Shown here: positions 1-8,845 of the stretch, in pieces
Numbering within the stretch: the stretch's first letter is position 1
Layout: every line of letters begins with the position of its first letter
Origin: Burkholderiales bacterium
GTDB taxonomy: Bacteria > Pseudomonadota > Gammaproteobacteria > Burkholderiales > Burkholderiaceae_C
NCBI GenBank assembly: GCA_025350505.1
Contig: JANXXS010000363.1
Coordinates: 4,065-68,064 of the forward strand
DNA length: 64,000 nucleotides
Direction: 5' to 3'
Notes under the pieces: generated by a model
Database searches by the model: none
What the model was told of the DNA's origin: nothing
The model's input: the letters and a program-made list of their open reading frames with translations, nothing else
Translations under genes and position numbers: made by a program

Positions 1-382
1 GGAACTTGTACTTCTCAAGCACCGGCGCGATCGCGATGTGGAACGGCGTGCCCCAGGGCGCGAGCAGCAGGTCGACCTTGTCGTCGGTAATTAGCTTCTC
101 GTAGATCCGGACCGCCTGCTCGGGCTTGGACTGGTCGTCGTAGGTGACGAACTCGACCTTGCGCTTGGTGCCGCCGACGTCGAGGCCGCCGGCGGCGTTG
201 ACCTCGTCGCGCCAGAGCTCGTAGGTCGTCATCTGCGGCGGCGTCGCCACCGCCATGATGCCGGTGCGGGCCATCGAGAAGCCGATCCGCACCGGCTTGT
301 CGGCCTGCGCGTGGGCCGTCGCGACGCTCGCTGCGGCGATGGCGGCGAGCAGCAGCTCGCGCCGGCGAAGGGTATGGGTCAT
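1..382 (-). CDS. Branched-chain amino acid-type ABC transporter substrate-binding protein (3' end runs off window)
   Basis: Manual translation MTHTLRRRELLLAAIAAAS...VNAAGGLDVGGTKRKVEFVTYDDQSKPEQAVRIYEKLITDDKVDLLLAPWG; Tat-like RRR signal; GAGGAGG RBS upstream. Confidence 0.85.
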   Translation of the reverse strand, partial: MTHTLRRRELLLAAIAAASVATAHAQADKPVRIGFSMARTGIMAVATPPQMTTYELWRDEVNAAGGLDVGGTKRKVEFVTYDDQSKPEQAVRIYEKLITDDKVDLLLAPWGTPFHIAIAPVLEKYKF

Positions 383-401
383 GGTGCCTCCTCGTCAGTG
401 G

Positions 402-1250
402 TCAGTGGTTCGGGGTCGGGATCTCTCGCATCCACGCGGCGGCGCGGTCGGGCCAGCCGGATTCGGGCTGGCTGCAGGCCAGGCTCGCTTCGAAGTGGTC
501 GCAGCCTTGGAAGACGAAGGCCTCGCTGACGATGCCCGTGGCGCGCAGCTTGTCGTGCATCTGGCGCGCCTGGTCCGCCAGGTGCGGAAAGTCGCGGCCG
601 CCCCAGGCGATGAGGAAGGGCGGGCAGACCGCGGCATCGAGGCGAAACAGCGGCGAAGCGGCCAACGCGGCGTCGCCTTCGCCCGGCGGGCCGAGGAACC
701 GCGGTCGCATCGACAGGCCGCTCTCTGGGTCGAGACGATAGGTCCCCGAGACCGGCAGGCAGCCGCGGACGACGTCCGTCGGCAAGCCGCGCACGCGGCG
801 CCAGTCGGCGGTGGCGGCGAGCAACGCGGCGTAGTGGCCGCCCGACGAATGGCCGCCGACGAAGATCCGCGCCGGATCGGCGCCGTGCTCGGTGGCGTGG
901 CGATGGACCCAGGCGACGGCGTCGGCGGCGTCGTCGAAGCCGGTCGGAAAGAGATGGCCGGGCGCGAGCCGGTAGCCCGCCGACACGAAAGTGACGCCGC
1001 GCGCCTGCAGCGCCGGCGCCATGAACGCCAGCCACTCCTTGTAGCCGCTGGTCCAGCCGCCGCCGTGGAAGAAGACGAGCACGTCGCCGGCGCCCGACTC
1101 GGCCGGGTAGACGGTGAGCTGCTGATAAGGGTCGTCGCCGTAGGCGAACTCGCGACCTTCGACGCCAACGCTGCGTGCGATCACGCGATCGTGGTACGCG
1201 GTGCCGAGCGCCGAGAGCGGTTCCTGCGGCGGATAGTCGGCCAGCTTCAT
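402..1250 (-). CDS. Alpha/beta hydrolase (arylformamidase/kynurenine formamidase-like)
   Basis: HGGGW oxyanion motif, GHSSG nucleophile, C-terminal CDHF; 4-bp overlap with upstream gene. Confidence 0.8.
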   Translation of the reverse strand: MKLADYPPQEPLSALGTAYHDRVIARSVGVEGREFAYGDDPYQQLTVYPAESGAGDVLVFFHGGGWTSGYKEWLAFMAPALQARGVTFVSAGYRLAPGHLFPTGFDDAADAVAWVHRHATEHGADPARIFVGGHSSGGHYAALLAATADWRRVRGLPTDVVRGCLPVSGTYRLDPESGLSMRPRFLGPPGEGDAALAASPLFRLDAAVCPPFLIAWGGRDFPHLADQARQMHDKLRATGIVSEAFVFQGCDHFEASLACSQPESGWPDRAAAWMREIPTPNH

Positions 1251-3586
1251 GACGCGGACGCGCTCTCGAGCAGGCCGCGGAGGACGCGCTCGCCGGTCAT
1301 CGGCAACTGGCGCAGGCGGATGCTGGCGGCATCGGCGATGGCGTTGGCGATCGCCGCGGCGACGCCGTTGATGCCGAGCTCGCCGACGCTCTTGGCGCCG
1401 AATGGCCCGCTCGGCTCGTCCGACTCGACCAGGTAGGCGCGCAGCGTCTCCGGCAGCTCGCCCATGGTCGGGATCTTGTAGTCCATCAGGCTAGGGTTGG
1501 CGAGGCGAGCCCCGTCCCAGACCATCTCCTCGACCAGCGCGTAGCCCATTCCCTGCACGAACGCGCCTTCGATCTGGCCGTTCGCGAGCATCGGATTGAT
1601 CGCCCGGCCCACGTCGCATGCCGACCAGGCGCCGACGACGCGAACCTGGCCAGTAGCCTCGTCGAGCTCGACCTCGACGACGAGCGCATTGAAGCTGAAG
1701 ACGCCGATCTGCGCGAACGGCAGGCCGAGCGCGACGGCGCGCTTAGGATCGAACGTCTTCTGGTCGAAGACCCAACTGTGGGTGCCGATCAACGGTCCGC
1801 CCACCGCCCAGTGGGCGCGTCCCGAAATGTCGGCGAAGCTCACCCACTTCTGCGCCACGCCCTTGATCGCTACCTTGCCGCCGGGGAGCAGCTCGAGGTC
1901 GTCGACGCCGCACTCGAGCATCTCGCCGGCGTGCTCCTTGAGCTTCTTCTCGATCTCGGCGGCAGCGCCGACGACCGAGCGACCGGTGACGAAGGTGACG
2001 CGGCTCGCCGTGGTGCCCCAGTTGTAAGGCGAGCCGTCGGTGTCGGGGCTGGCGATCGCGACCCGATCGACCGGCAGCTGTAGAGCTTCGGCGCAGATCT
2101 GCGTCAGCACGGTATTCGAGCCCTGGCCGATGTCGACCGCGCCAGTGTTGAGCAGGACGCTGCCGTCTTCGAGCAGGCGAACGATCGCGCCCGACGCGAG
2201 CAGGCCGCTGATATGCGCCGACAGGGCGATGCCGCGGCCGCGCCGCAGGCGCTGGCCGAAGGGGGCCCCCGGCGTCGGTTCAGCAATGGCATCGCGCCAG
2301 CGTGATTCGCGCTCGACGATGTCGAGACACTCGGCTAGGCCGTTCGACCGGATCGCCTGGCCGCCGAACCACGGGTCGCCCGGGACCAGCATGTTGCGAC
2401 GGCGCAGATCGAGGCGGTCGATGCCAAGCTGATCGGCGAGCTCGTCGAGCTGCGACTCGGAGGCGAACGTGACCTGGGGCACGCCAAAGCCGCGAAACGC
2501 GCCGAAGCGCAGCTTGTTGGTGTAGGCGACCCGGCCGTGGGCGCGAACATGCGGAATGCGGTACGGGCCGCATTGCATCAGCAGCGCGTAGCCGAGGACA
2601 CCGGGGCTGTCGTCGCCGTAGGCGCCGCCGTCGAGCAGGACCTCGATCTCGCGCGCGACCAGCGTGCCGTCGCGGCGCGCGCCGGTCCTGATGCGGATCG
2701 AGAACGGATGGCGCGCCCGCACCGTCTCGAAGTCCTCCTCGCGCGACAGGATCATTCGTACCGTGCGGCGCGCCTTCATCGCCAGCAGCACCACCGCCGG
2801 CTGGACGTGCGCCTCCATCTTGTTGCCGAAGCCGGCGCCGACGCGCGGCGTCAGGCAGCGCAGCTTGGTCATCGGCAAGCCGAGCGACTCGCAGACGCTG
2901 GCCTGAACACGAAACACCGACTGGTTCGCCGACCACAGCGTGATGCGGCCTGCGGCATCGATCTCGGCCAGCGCGCCGACCGGCTCCAACGAGACGTGCG
3001 CCTGCGCCTGAGTGGTGAAGGTCGCCTCGACGACGGCGTCGCAGCCGGCCCACGCCGCGTCGACATCACCGCTGGTGAACTCGGTGCGCGAGCACAGGTT
3101 GCCGTCGGTGCCGGCGTCGAAGACCTTGACGTAGTTCGCCGCGCCTTCGTGGACCAGCGTCGCACCGGGCCCGAGCGCCGCCGCCGGATCGACGACCGCG
3201 GCCAGCTCTTCATAGTCGACCCGGATCAGGCGCGTCGCGTCGCGCGCGATCGCCTCGGTGTCGGCCGCGACCGCGGCGACGATCTCGCCGACGTAGCGCA
3301 CCTTGCCCTTGGCGAATGCCGGCTCGTCCTTGATGAACGCGCCCATGCGGTGCCGCTCGTCGAGATCGTCGCCGGTGACGATCGCGCGCACGCCGGGCAG
3401 CGCGCGCGCTGCGCTCAGGTCATAGCCGCGGATTCGGGCATGCGCGTGCGGACTCTGCAGGATCGCGCCGTGCAGCATTCCCGGGCGATGCAGGTCGGCG
3501 ATGTACTGCGCGCTGCCGCAGAGCTTGTCGTCGCCCTCGAGTTGCGGGACGGAGAGCCCGACCGCGGTGCCGACGAGGGTGCTCAT
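1247..3586 (-). CDS. Xanthine dehydrogenase-family molybdopterin-binding (large) subunit
   Basis: Start MSTLVG (ATGA overlap); motifs GAGFGNK, AFRGFG, DIGQGS, GQIEGAFVQG, GPFGAKSVGE. Confidence 0.92.
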   Translation of the reverse strand: MSTLVGTAVGLSVPQLEGDDKLCGSAQYIADLHRPGMLHGAILQSPHAHARIRGYDLSAARALPGVRAIVTGDDLDERHRMGAFIKDEPAFAKGKVRYVGEIVAAVAADTEAIARDATRLIRVDYEELAAVVDPAAALGPGATLVHEGAANYVKVFDAGTDGNLCSRTEFTSGDVDAAWAGCDAVVEATFTTQAQAHVSLEPVGALAEIDAAGRITLWSANQSVFRVQASVCESLGLPMTKLRCLTPRVGAGFGNKMEAHVQPAVVLLAMKARRTVRMILSREEDFETVRARHPFSIRIRTGARRDGTLVAREIEVLLDGGAYGDDSPGVLGYALLMQCGPYRIPHVRAHGRVAYTNKLRFGAFRGFGVPQVTFASESQLDELADQLGIDRLDLRRRNMLVPGDPWFGGQAIRSNGLAECLDIVERESRWRDAIAEPTPGAPFGQRLRRGRGIALSAHISGLLASGAIVRLLEDGSVLLNTGAVDIGQGSNTVLTQICAEALQLPVDRVAIASPDTDGSPYNWGTTASRVTFVTGRSVVGAAAEIEKKLKEHAGEMLECGVDDLELLPGGKVAIKGVAQKWVSFADISGRAHWAVGGPLIGTHSWVFDQKTFDPKRAVALGLPFAQIGVFSFNALVVEVELDEATGQVRVVGAWSACDVGRAINPMLANGQIEGAFVQGMGYALVEEMVWDGARLANPSLMDYKIPTMGELPETLRAYLVESDEPSGPFGAKSVGELGINGVAAAIANAIADAASIRLRQLPMTGERVLRGLLESASAS

Positions 3587-4098
3587 GCCGCGGGCTCGCT
3601 CGCCGTCGCGCCGAGGCTCGCGGCCGCACTGAGCACCGCCGCGACGATGCCCGCATAGCCGGTGCAACGGCACAGGTTGCCCGAGAGTGCCTGGCGGATC
3701 GCCGCGTCGTCGGGGTTCGGATCGCTCGTCAAGAAGGCATGCGCCGCGACCAGCACGCCGGGGGTGCAGAAGCCGCACTGGAACGCACCGCTCGCCGCGA
3801 ACGAGCGCTGCAGCGCCTGCATGCACGGCGTTTCGAGCATGCCTTCGAGGGTTCGTACCGGCCGGCCGACGCAGCCATGCGCCAGTGACAGGCAGGCGCG
3901 CATCGGCACGCCGTCGATTTCGACCGTGCAGGCGCCGCACACGCCCTGGTTGCAGCCGCGCTTGGCAGCGGTCAGGTGCAGCTCGTCGCGCAGCACGGTC
4001 AAGAGGGTCGTTGTGAGCCCGGCGCGAACTTCCGCAGCGGTGCCATTGATGTCAAGCTCGACGCGCTTCGCGGTCGTGACGGCGGCAGGAGAGGTCAT
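3583..4098 (-). CDS. Mo-hydroxylase [2Fe-2S] (small) subunit
   Basis: GCNQGVCGAC, QCGFCTPG, GNLCRCTGY cysteine motifs; start MTSPAA. Confidence 0.92.
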   Translation of the reverse strand: MTSPAAVTTAKRVELDINGTAAEVRAGLTTTLLTVLRDELHLTAAKRGCNQGVCGACTVEIDGVPMRACLSLAHGCVGRPVRTLEGMLETPCMQALQRSFAASGAFQCGFCTPGVLVAAHAFLTSDPNPDDAAIRQALSGNLCRCTGYAGIVAAVLSAAASLGATASEPAA

Positions 4099-4943
4099 GC
4101 CGCGACGCTCGCTTCGGCCTGGCGGATGGCGCGCTGCAGCAGGCGCGGAATGAGCAGGCGCCGGTACTCGGCGCTGCCGCGGACGTCGTCGAGCGGATCG
4201 GCGCGCGCCTCGAGCAGGGCGCCGGCGCGGGCGATCGCGGCATCGCTGCGGTCGCCGCTCAGCAAGGCGTCGGCAGCGTCGTCGCGGATCGGCGTCGGCC
4301 CGCACGAGCCGATCGCCGCGCGCACCGAGCCCGCGTCATCGATGCAGACGGCGGCCGAAGCGGTCGCGTAGTCGCTTGCGACGCGGGCGTGCTTGATGTA
4401 GGCCGCGCGGCCCGGCATCCGCGCGGCGAGGATGACCGCGGTGACGATTTCTCCTGGCTCGAGCGCGGTCGTGTACCAGTCGACGAAAAAGTCGGCGGCG
4501 GCGACGCGCCGGCGCTGCGCAACGCTGGCGATCTCGATCGCGGCGCCGGCGGCGACGATCGCCGGCGGATAGTCGAGCCCGGGATCGGCGAACGAGATCG
4601 AGCCGCCGATCGTTCCCATGTTGCGAACGGTCGCGTTGGCAATCTTGCCTGCGGCCTGTCGAACAACCGCCGCAGTGCCGCGCAACAACTCGCAGCCGGC
4701 GGTCTCGACGTGGCGCGTGAAGGCACCGATGCGGATCGCGCCATCGGCCTCGTGCCGGATGCCGCGCAGCTCGTCGATGCGAGACAGGTTGACGAGCGCG
4801 TGCGGCTCGATGACGCGCGCATTCATCATCGCTACCAACGTGGCGCCGCCAGCGAGCGCCTTGGCATCGGGATCGTCGGCCAGCATCGCCGTGGCTTCCT
4901 GCACGGTGCGTGGCCAGAGCATGCCCTGCAGCATCGCCGTCAC
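4095..4943 (-). CDS. Mo-hydroxylase FAD-binding (medium) subunit
   Basis: ALAGGATL, VRNMGTIGGS, DVRGSAEYR; GTG start overlapping CoxG stop (alternative ATG at 4934). Confidence 0.9.
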   Translation of the reverse strand: MTAMLQGMLWPRTVQEATAMLADDPDAKALAGGATLVAMMNARVIEPHALVNLSRIDELRGIRHEADGAIRIGAFTRHVETAGCELLRGTAAVVRQAAGKIANATVRNMGTIGGSISFADPGLDYPPAIVAAGAAIEIASVAQRRRVAAADFFVDWYTTALEPGEIVTAVILAARMPGRAAYIKHARVASDYATASAAVCIDDAGSVRAAIGSCGPTPIRDDAADALLSGDRSDAAIARAGALLEARADPLDDVRGSAEYRRLLIPRLLQRAIRQAEASVAA

Positions 4944-5557
4944 GGGTGATGCGGCGATGCGTGCCCGAAGCGCGCGCGCAGCCATTGCATCAGCCGGGAC
5001 CACCACGATCGCGGCGGCGCCGGGGTCGTAGCGACGGTCGGCGTCGCGCTCAGCGCTGTCGCCTCGACTGGCGCCGGTGCCTCGACTAGCGCAGATGCCA
5101 CGACCGGCGTCGATGCCGTGCCCGCGAGCGCCCGCTGCAGGTTGGCGGCGAACTCGTCGCCAAGGCTTTGCGCCTTCTTCTTCATCATGCCGAGGGCGAA
5201 GCGGCCGAGCCGGCCGGTGACGGCGACATCGGAGCGATAGTCGACGTGCGTGCCCTCGGCGATCGGCGAAAGGCGGACCTCGCTGGTCGCCTGCAGCGTG
5301 CTGGCGTTGCCGCCTTCTTCGCCACGCGTCATCGCCCGCACGCCGTCGGCAAGCCGCTCGGTGACCTCGACCTGCAGGTCGAAGCGGGCCTTGACGCCGG
5401 CAAGCGCGACGGCGACGACCGCGCGGTAGCGATCGTTGCCCGACTGCTCGAGCGATTCGCAGCCCGGCAGGCACGACGCCATCAGACGCGCGTCGAACAG
5501 GTGCGCGAGCACGTCCGCGGGCGCGGCAGCGACGTCGAATTGGCCGTCGATGAGCAC
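4940..5557 (-). CDS. coxG: CoxG/SRPBCC-family accessory protein
   Basis: LMASCLPGCESL and GRLGRFALGMM motifs, Ala/Pro linker, C-terminal amphipathic WWSRLMQWLR; within Mo-hydroxylase operon. Confidence 0.8.
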   Translation of the reverse strand: MLIDGQFDVAAAPADVLAHLFDARLMASCLPGCESLEQSGNDRYRAVVAVALAGVKARFDLQVEVTERLADGVRAMTRGEEGGNASTLQATSEVRLSPIAEGTHVDYRSDVAVTGRLGRFALGMMKKKAQSLGDEFAANLQRALAGTASTPVVASALVEAPAPVEATALSATPTVATTPAPPRSWWSRLMQWLRARFGHASPHHP

Positions 5558-5579
5558 GATAGGAATCCTGCGCTTCGGC

Positions 5580-6656
5580 TCAGCGGGCGACGCGCGCCAC
5601 TTGCATCCGCGGATCGACGACGCGCCCGTTCTCGACCACGGTGCGGCCGTCGAGCGAGATGGTGCAGCCGCGCATCGGCACGTCGTAGTGGCCGCGCGTC
5701 GTGCGCTTGCCGCCACCCTGCGTGTTCGGGCCGGTCGAGAACAGGAAGTTGCCCGGGAAGCTGCGCGCCGCGGCACGGCTGCGCTCCGGGGCATCGCCGT
5801 ACAGGGCAAGCGAGTCCCAGCGGCACTGCGGGTTGAGGCCCCAGCCGACGTGCGACATGGCGTAGGGGTCGCGGTCGCCGGCGCCGGTCTGGCCCTCGCC
5901 GAGCCAGTCGCGCATCAGGGCGGCGTCGACGCCGCCCTCGATGCCGACGATGTGGCCCTCGCGGATCTCCAGGCTGACCGGATCGGCGACGTAGCGGCAG
6001 TAGGGCAGGATGACGATGTCGCCCGGCGCGAACACGACTTTGCCGTGGCTGCTGCCCTCGTTCGGGAAGGTGTGCAGCAGGCCGACTCCCCAGTGGTCGA
6101 AGCGGCCCGGCTCGTCGGCCATCCCGTACTGGCTCATCACCGGGTACTCGCCGCAGCGGTAGGTGAGGTCGGTGCCGGCGGCGCTCGTGACGCGCACCTC
6201 CTTGGTCTGCCGGTAGAGCGACTGCGCATGCAGGATCGCCTCCTTCAGGCCGGGCGGCGACTGGAGCTGATGGAGATCGTCGGGCGCGTCGATCACCATC
6301 TGCACGCGAACGCCCTTGCCCTGCACTTCGCGCAGCCACTTGGAAAAGAGCGGAACGTGGAAGATCAGGATCATGTCGGCGGCGCAGAGCGCCTCGAGCG
6401 TGCCCTTGCACTTGCCGATCGTCGGCACGCCGACGCTGGTCCAGCCCGGGATGGCGTTGACGCACATCTCGTAGATGTCGAAGCTCATTTCCTCGGCCGC
6501 GGCGAAGGCGGCCTGGACGTATTCGCGGCGCGTACCGAGGTCGCTGACGACGGCCACCGTCTGGCCGGCAGCGACCCGGCACAGGTCGAACTGCTTGCGG
6601 AACAAACCGGTCAGGCGCGCCGGGTTGAGTTCCTGTGTGCGGATCGCTGAATGCAT
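5580..6656 (-). CDS. nicX: 2,5-dihydroxypyridine 5,6-dioxygenase-like (NicX family) ring-cleavage dioxygenase
   Basis: YGMADEPGRFDHW, FPNEG, SHVGWG, GNFLFSTGPNT, GHYD match NicX-family motifs, including the His/His/Asp iron ligands. Confidence 0.75.
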   Translation of the reverse strand: MHSAIRTQELNPARLTGLFRKQFDLCRVAAGQTVAVVSDLGTRREYVQAAFAAAEEMSFDIYEMCVNAIPGWTSVGVPTIGKCKGTLEALCAADMILIFHVPLFSKWLREVQGKGVRVQMVIDAPDDLHQLQSPPGLKEAILHAQSLYRQTKEVRVTSAAGTDLTYRCGEYPVMSQYGMADEPGRFDHWGVGLLHTFPNEGSSHGKVVFAPGDIVILPYCRYVADPVSLEIREGHIVGIEGGVDAALMRDWLGEGQTGAGDRDPYAMSHVGWGLNPQCRWDSLALYGDAPERSRAAARSFPGNFLFSTGPNTQGGGKRTTRGHYDVPMRGCTISLDGRTVVENGRVVDPRMQVARVAR

Positions 6657-6684
6657 GGCGCCGGCCCCGTCGATTGACGCGCCA

Positions 6685-6729
6685 ACTCTAGGATGGGCTT
6701 GAGGCCGATGTCAATAGCGAATACCATTC
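6685..6729 (-). promoter_or_regulatory. Putative sigma70 promoter of the nicX-like operon plus TetR-type operator
   Basis: Minus-strand TTGACA (6709-6714), 18 bp, TAGAGT (6685-6690); inverted repeat GAAT-ACC-ATTC at 6719-6729 between divergent genes. Confidence 0.5.
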
Positions 6730-6757
6730 ATTTTTGCAAAACCGAAGGCAGCGTTCG

Positions 6758-7324
6758 ATGGCGCAGACCAAGAAAGACGGTGTCCGCGACGCCATCCTGC
6801 AGGCCGGATTCGTCCAGTTCTCGGACGTGGGCTACAGCGAGACGTCGATTCCGGCGATCGCTGCCGCCGCCGGCATCTCGACCGCCAACGTCTACCGCTA
6901 TTTCCCGTCTAAGCTGGCCATCCTGTACACGCTCTACGAGCCGTGGCTGGTCGCTCAGCTCGATGCCCTCGGCACATCGCTGGCGCGGGTCGCCGATCCG
7001 CGCAAGCGCCTCGAAAAGCTCTTTCTCGCGCTCTGGCGCGAGCTGCCGCGCGCGTCCAACGGCTTTGCTAACAACGTGATGCAGGGGCTCTCGACCAGCG
7101 GCCGCGGCGATGCCTACGACCCGCACCTGCGCGATCTGTTCCAGCGCCGCGTTGCCGGCTGGATCGCCGAGACGACGCGCTTGTCGGCGCGCGAGAGCAA
7201 GACGGTCGCAGGCGTCGCGCTGATGGCCTTCGACGGCTTCGCGATGAACGTGCACCTGCCCGCCGGAATCGTTTGCGATACCTCGACCGCCCGCCTGATG
7301 GGGCGAACGTGGATCGCAAGCTGA
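6758..7324 (+). CDS. TetR/AcrR family transcriptional regulator
   Basis: N-terminal HTH IAAAAGISTANVYRYFPSK; divergent from nicX-like operon. Confidence 0.9.
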   Translation: MAQTKKDGVRDAILQAGFVQFSDVGYSETSIPAIAAAAGISTANVYRYFPSKLAILYTLYEPWLVAQLDALGTSLARVADPRKRLEKLFLALWRELPRASNGFANNVMQGLSTSGRGDAYDPHLRDLFQRRVAGWIAETTRLSARESKTVAGVALMAFDGFAMNVHLPAGIVCDTSTARLMGRTWIAS

Positions 7325-8003
7325 TGCGAGTGCGATAAAAGTCGGTGAAGCGCGCCGGGAAGGGGTAAGCGAGTTTTTCGGCAGATTAACGCGGTCAACC
7401 TTATGAAAGTTGACTCTGCCATCTCCGCGTCCTTGCTGGGTGCGCCATGAACGGCGCGAATTTGCTCCTCAACTCATCGACGAGTTGCAGCACCTTGGTC
7501 ACCTTCGAGGTGCCAGCCCGAGGTTGTGGGAATGCAGCTGCGCTTTCGAGCAAGGCGAGCTACGCCGCTCCGTAAGTCCGCTGTGCAAGGCCGTGCCGAA
7601 GCGAGTCTCACCGGAGTTCGGTCATACACGCACGTATAGAGTCGTACGGTTAGGCTGGGTGCCCACGGTGAATTTCCGATTCGACGGTGTCCACCACCTT
7701 TGTTCCTGCCATCGCCGCTCCTCAGCCCCGGGAACTCGGGCGGCTGACTCTGCGATATCTCTACTTGGCTAAAACACGACATTACTACTTGGCTCCTACA
7801 GAGGCGAGGGCGTCAAGAACGAATATGTAAACCAGGGTTTGCGTCTTCCCTTGACGGTCGTCGGGGACGGTTCGACCCTAGTTTCAATGTCCGGAAGGAG
7901 TACCACGTGGCGCCCGTCTGGCTGGGCGAAGCCGGCTATCCGATTCCGATCGTCGTCCTCAACACCAGCACAACGAACCCGACGGCCACTTTATCGCTGA
8001 TGG

Positions 8004-8807
8004 TCAGACCTTGTAGTCGAAGCGCGGCGCTCGTTTTTCCTTCAGCGACGCAAGGCCTTCGCGCAGCTCCGGTCCATTGAACGACAGAAGCTCGAGGGCG
8101 GCCGAGTTGTCGAAGGACGGCCCGGCCATGCGTAGCCAGTTGTTGAGCGCGTGCTTGCTCCAGCGGATTGGCCGCTGCGCCCCCCGCGCCAGGCGCTCGG
8201 CGACCTTAAGCGACTTCGCCTCGAGCTGGCCGTCCTCGACGCAGAGCGAGACGACGCCTATGCGCTCGGCCTCTTCGCCCGAGAGCGGCTCGCAGGTGAG
8301 GATGTAGTACTTGGCCTTGGCCATGCCGCACAGCAGCGGCCAGATCATCGCCGCGTGATCCCCGGCAGCCAGGCCGAGGCGGGTGTGGCCGTCGATGATC
8401 CGCGCAGACTTCGCAGCGATCGAGACATCGGCGAGCAGCGCCGCGGCGAGTCCGGCGCCGACGGCCGGGCCGTGAATTGCCGAGACGATGGGCTTCGAGC
8501 AGTTGATCATGTTGTAGCAAAGCTCGCGGAATTCCTTGAGCGCGGCCGCCTGCATGCTGTAGTCGTCCATGATCTTCTCGATCATGCTGAAATCGCCGCC
8601 GGCCGAGAACGCCGCGCCGGCGCCGCGGATGATCGCGACGTTGGTCTCGGGATCCTCGTCGACGACGTTCCACACCTTCGTCAGCTCGCCATGCGCCTCC
8701 CAGTTGAGCGAGTTCATGCTCTCGGCCCGATCGAGCGTGATGCGCAAAACGCGCTCGGCGGGGCGATCGAACTTCAGCGACTTGAATGCAGCGTAGCGGT
8801 CGGTCAT
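8004..8807 (-). CDS. Enoyl-CoA hydratase/isomerase (crotonase) family protein
   Basis: AFSAGGD, KPIVSAIHGPAVGAG, IDGHTRLGLAAGDH; GGAG RBS before MTDRY. Confidence 0.88.
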   Translation of the reverse strand: MTDRYAAFKSLKFDRPAERVLRITLDRAESMNSLNWEAHGELTKVWNVVDEDPETNVAIIRGAGAAFSAGGDFSMIEKIMDDYSMQAAALKEFRELCYNMINCSKPIVSAIHGPAVGAGLAAALLADVSIAAKSARIIDGHTRLGLAAGDHAAMIWPLLCGMAKAKYYILTCEPLSGEEAERIGVVSLCVEDGQLEAKSLKVAERLARGAQRPIRWSKHALNNWLRMAGPSFDNSAALELLSFNGPELREGLASLKEKRAPRFDYKV

Positions 8808-8845
8808 GACGTCTCCTGGCGTGGGCTGAGCGGTGGCGACGCGGA

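Noticed and set aside
1247-5557. Aerobic CO dehydrogenase (coxLMSG)
   Set aside because: Large subunit has AFRGFG rather than the form I AYxCSFR motif, and the context is ring cleavage
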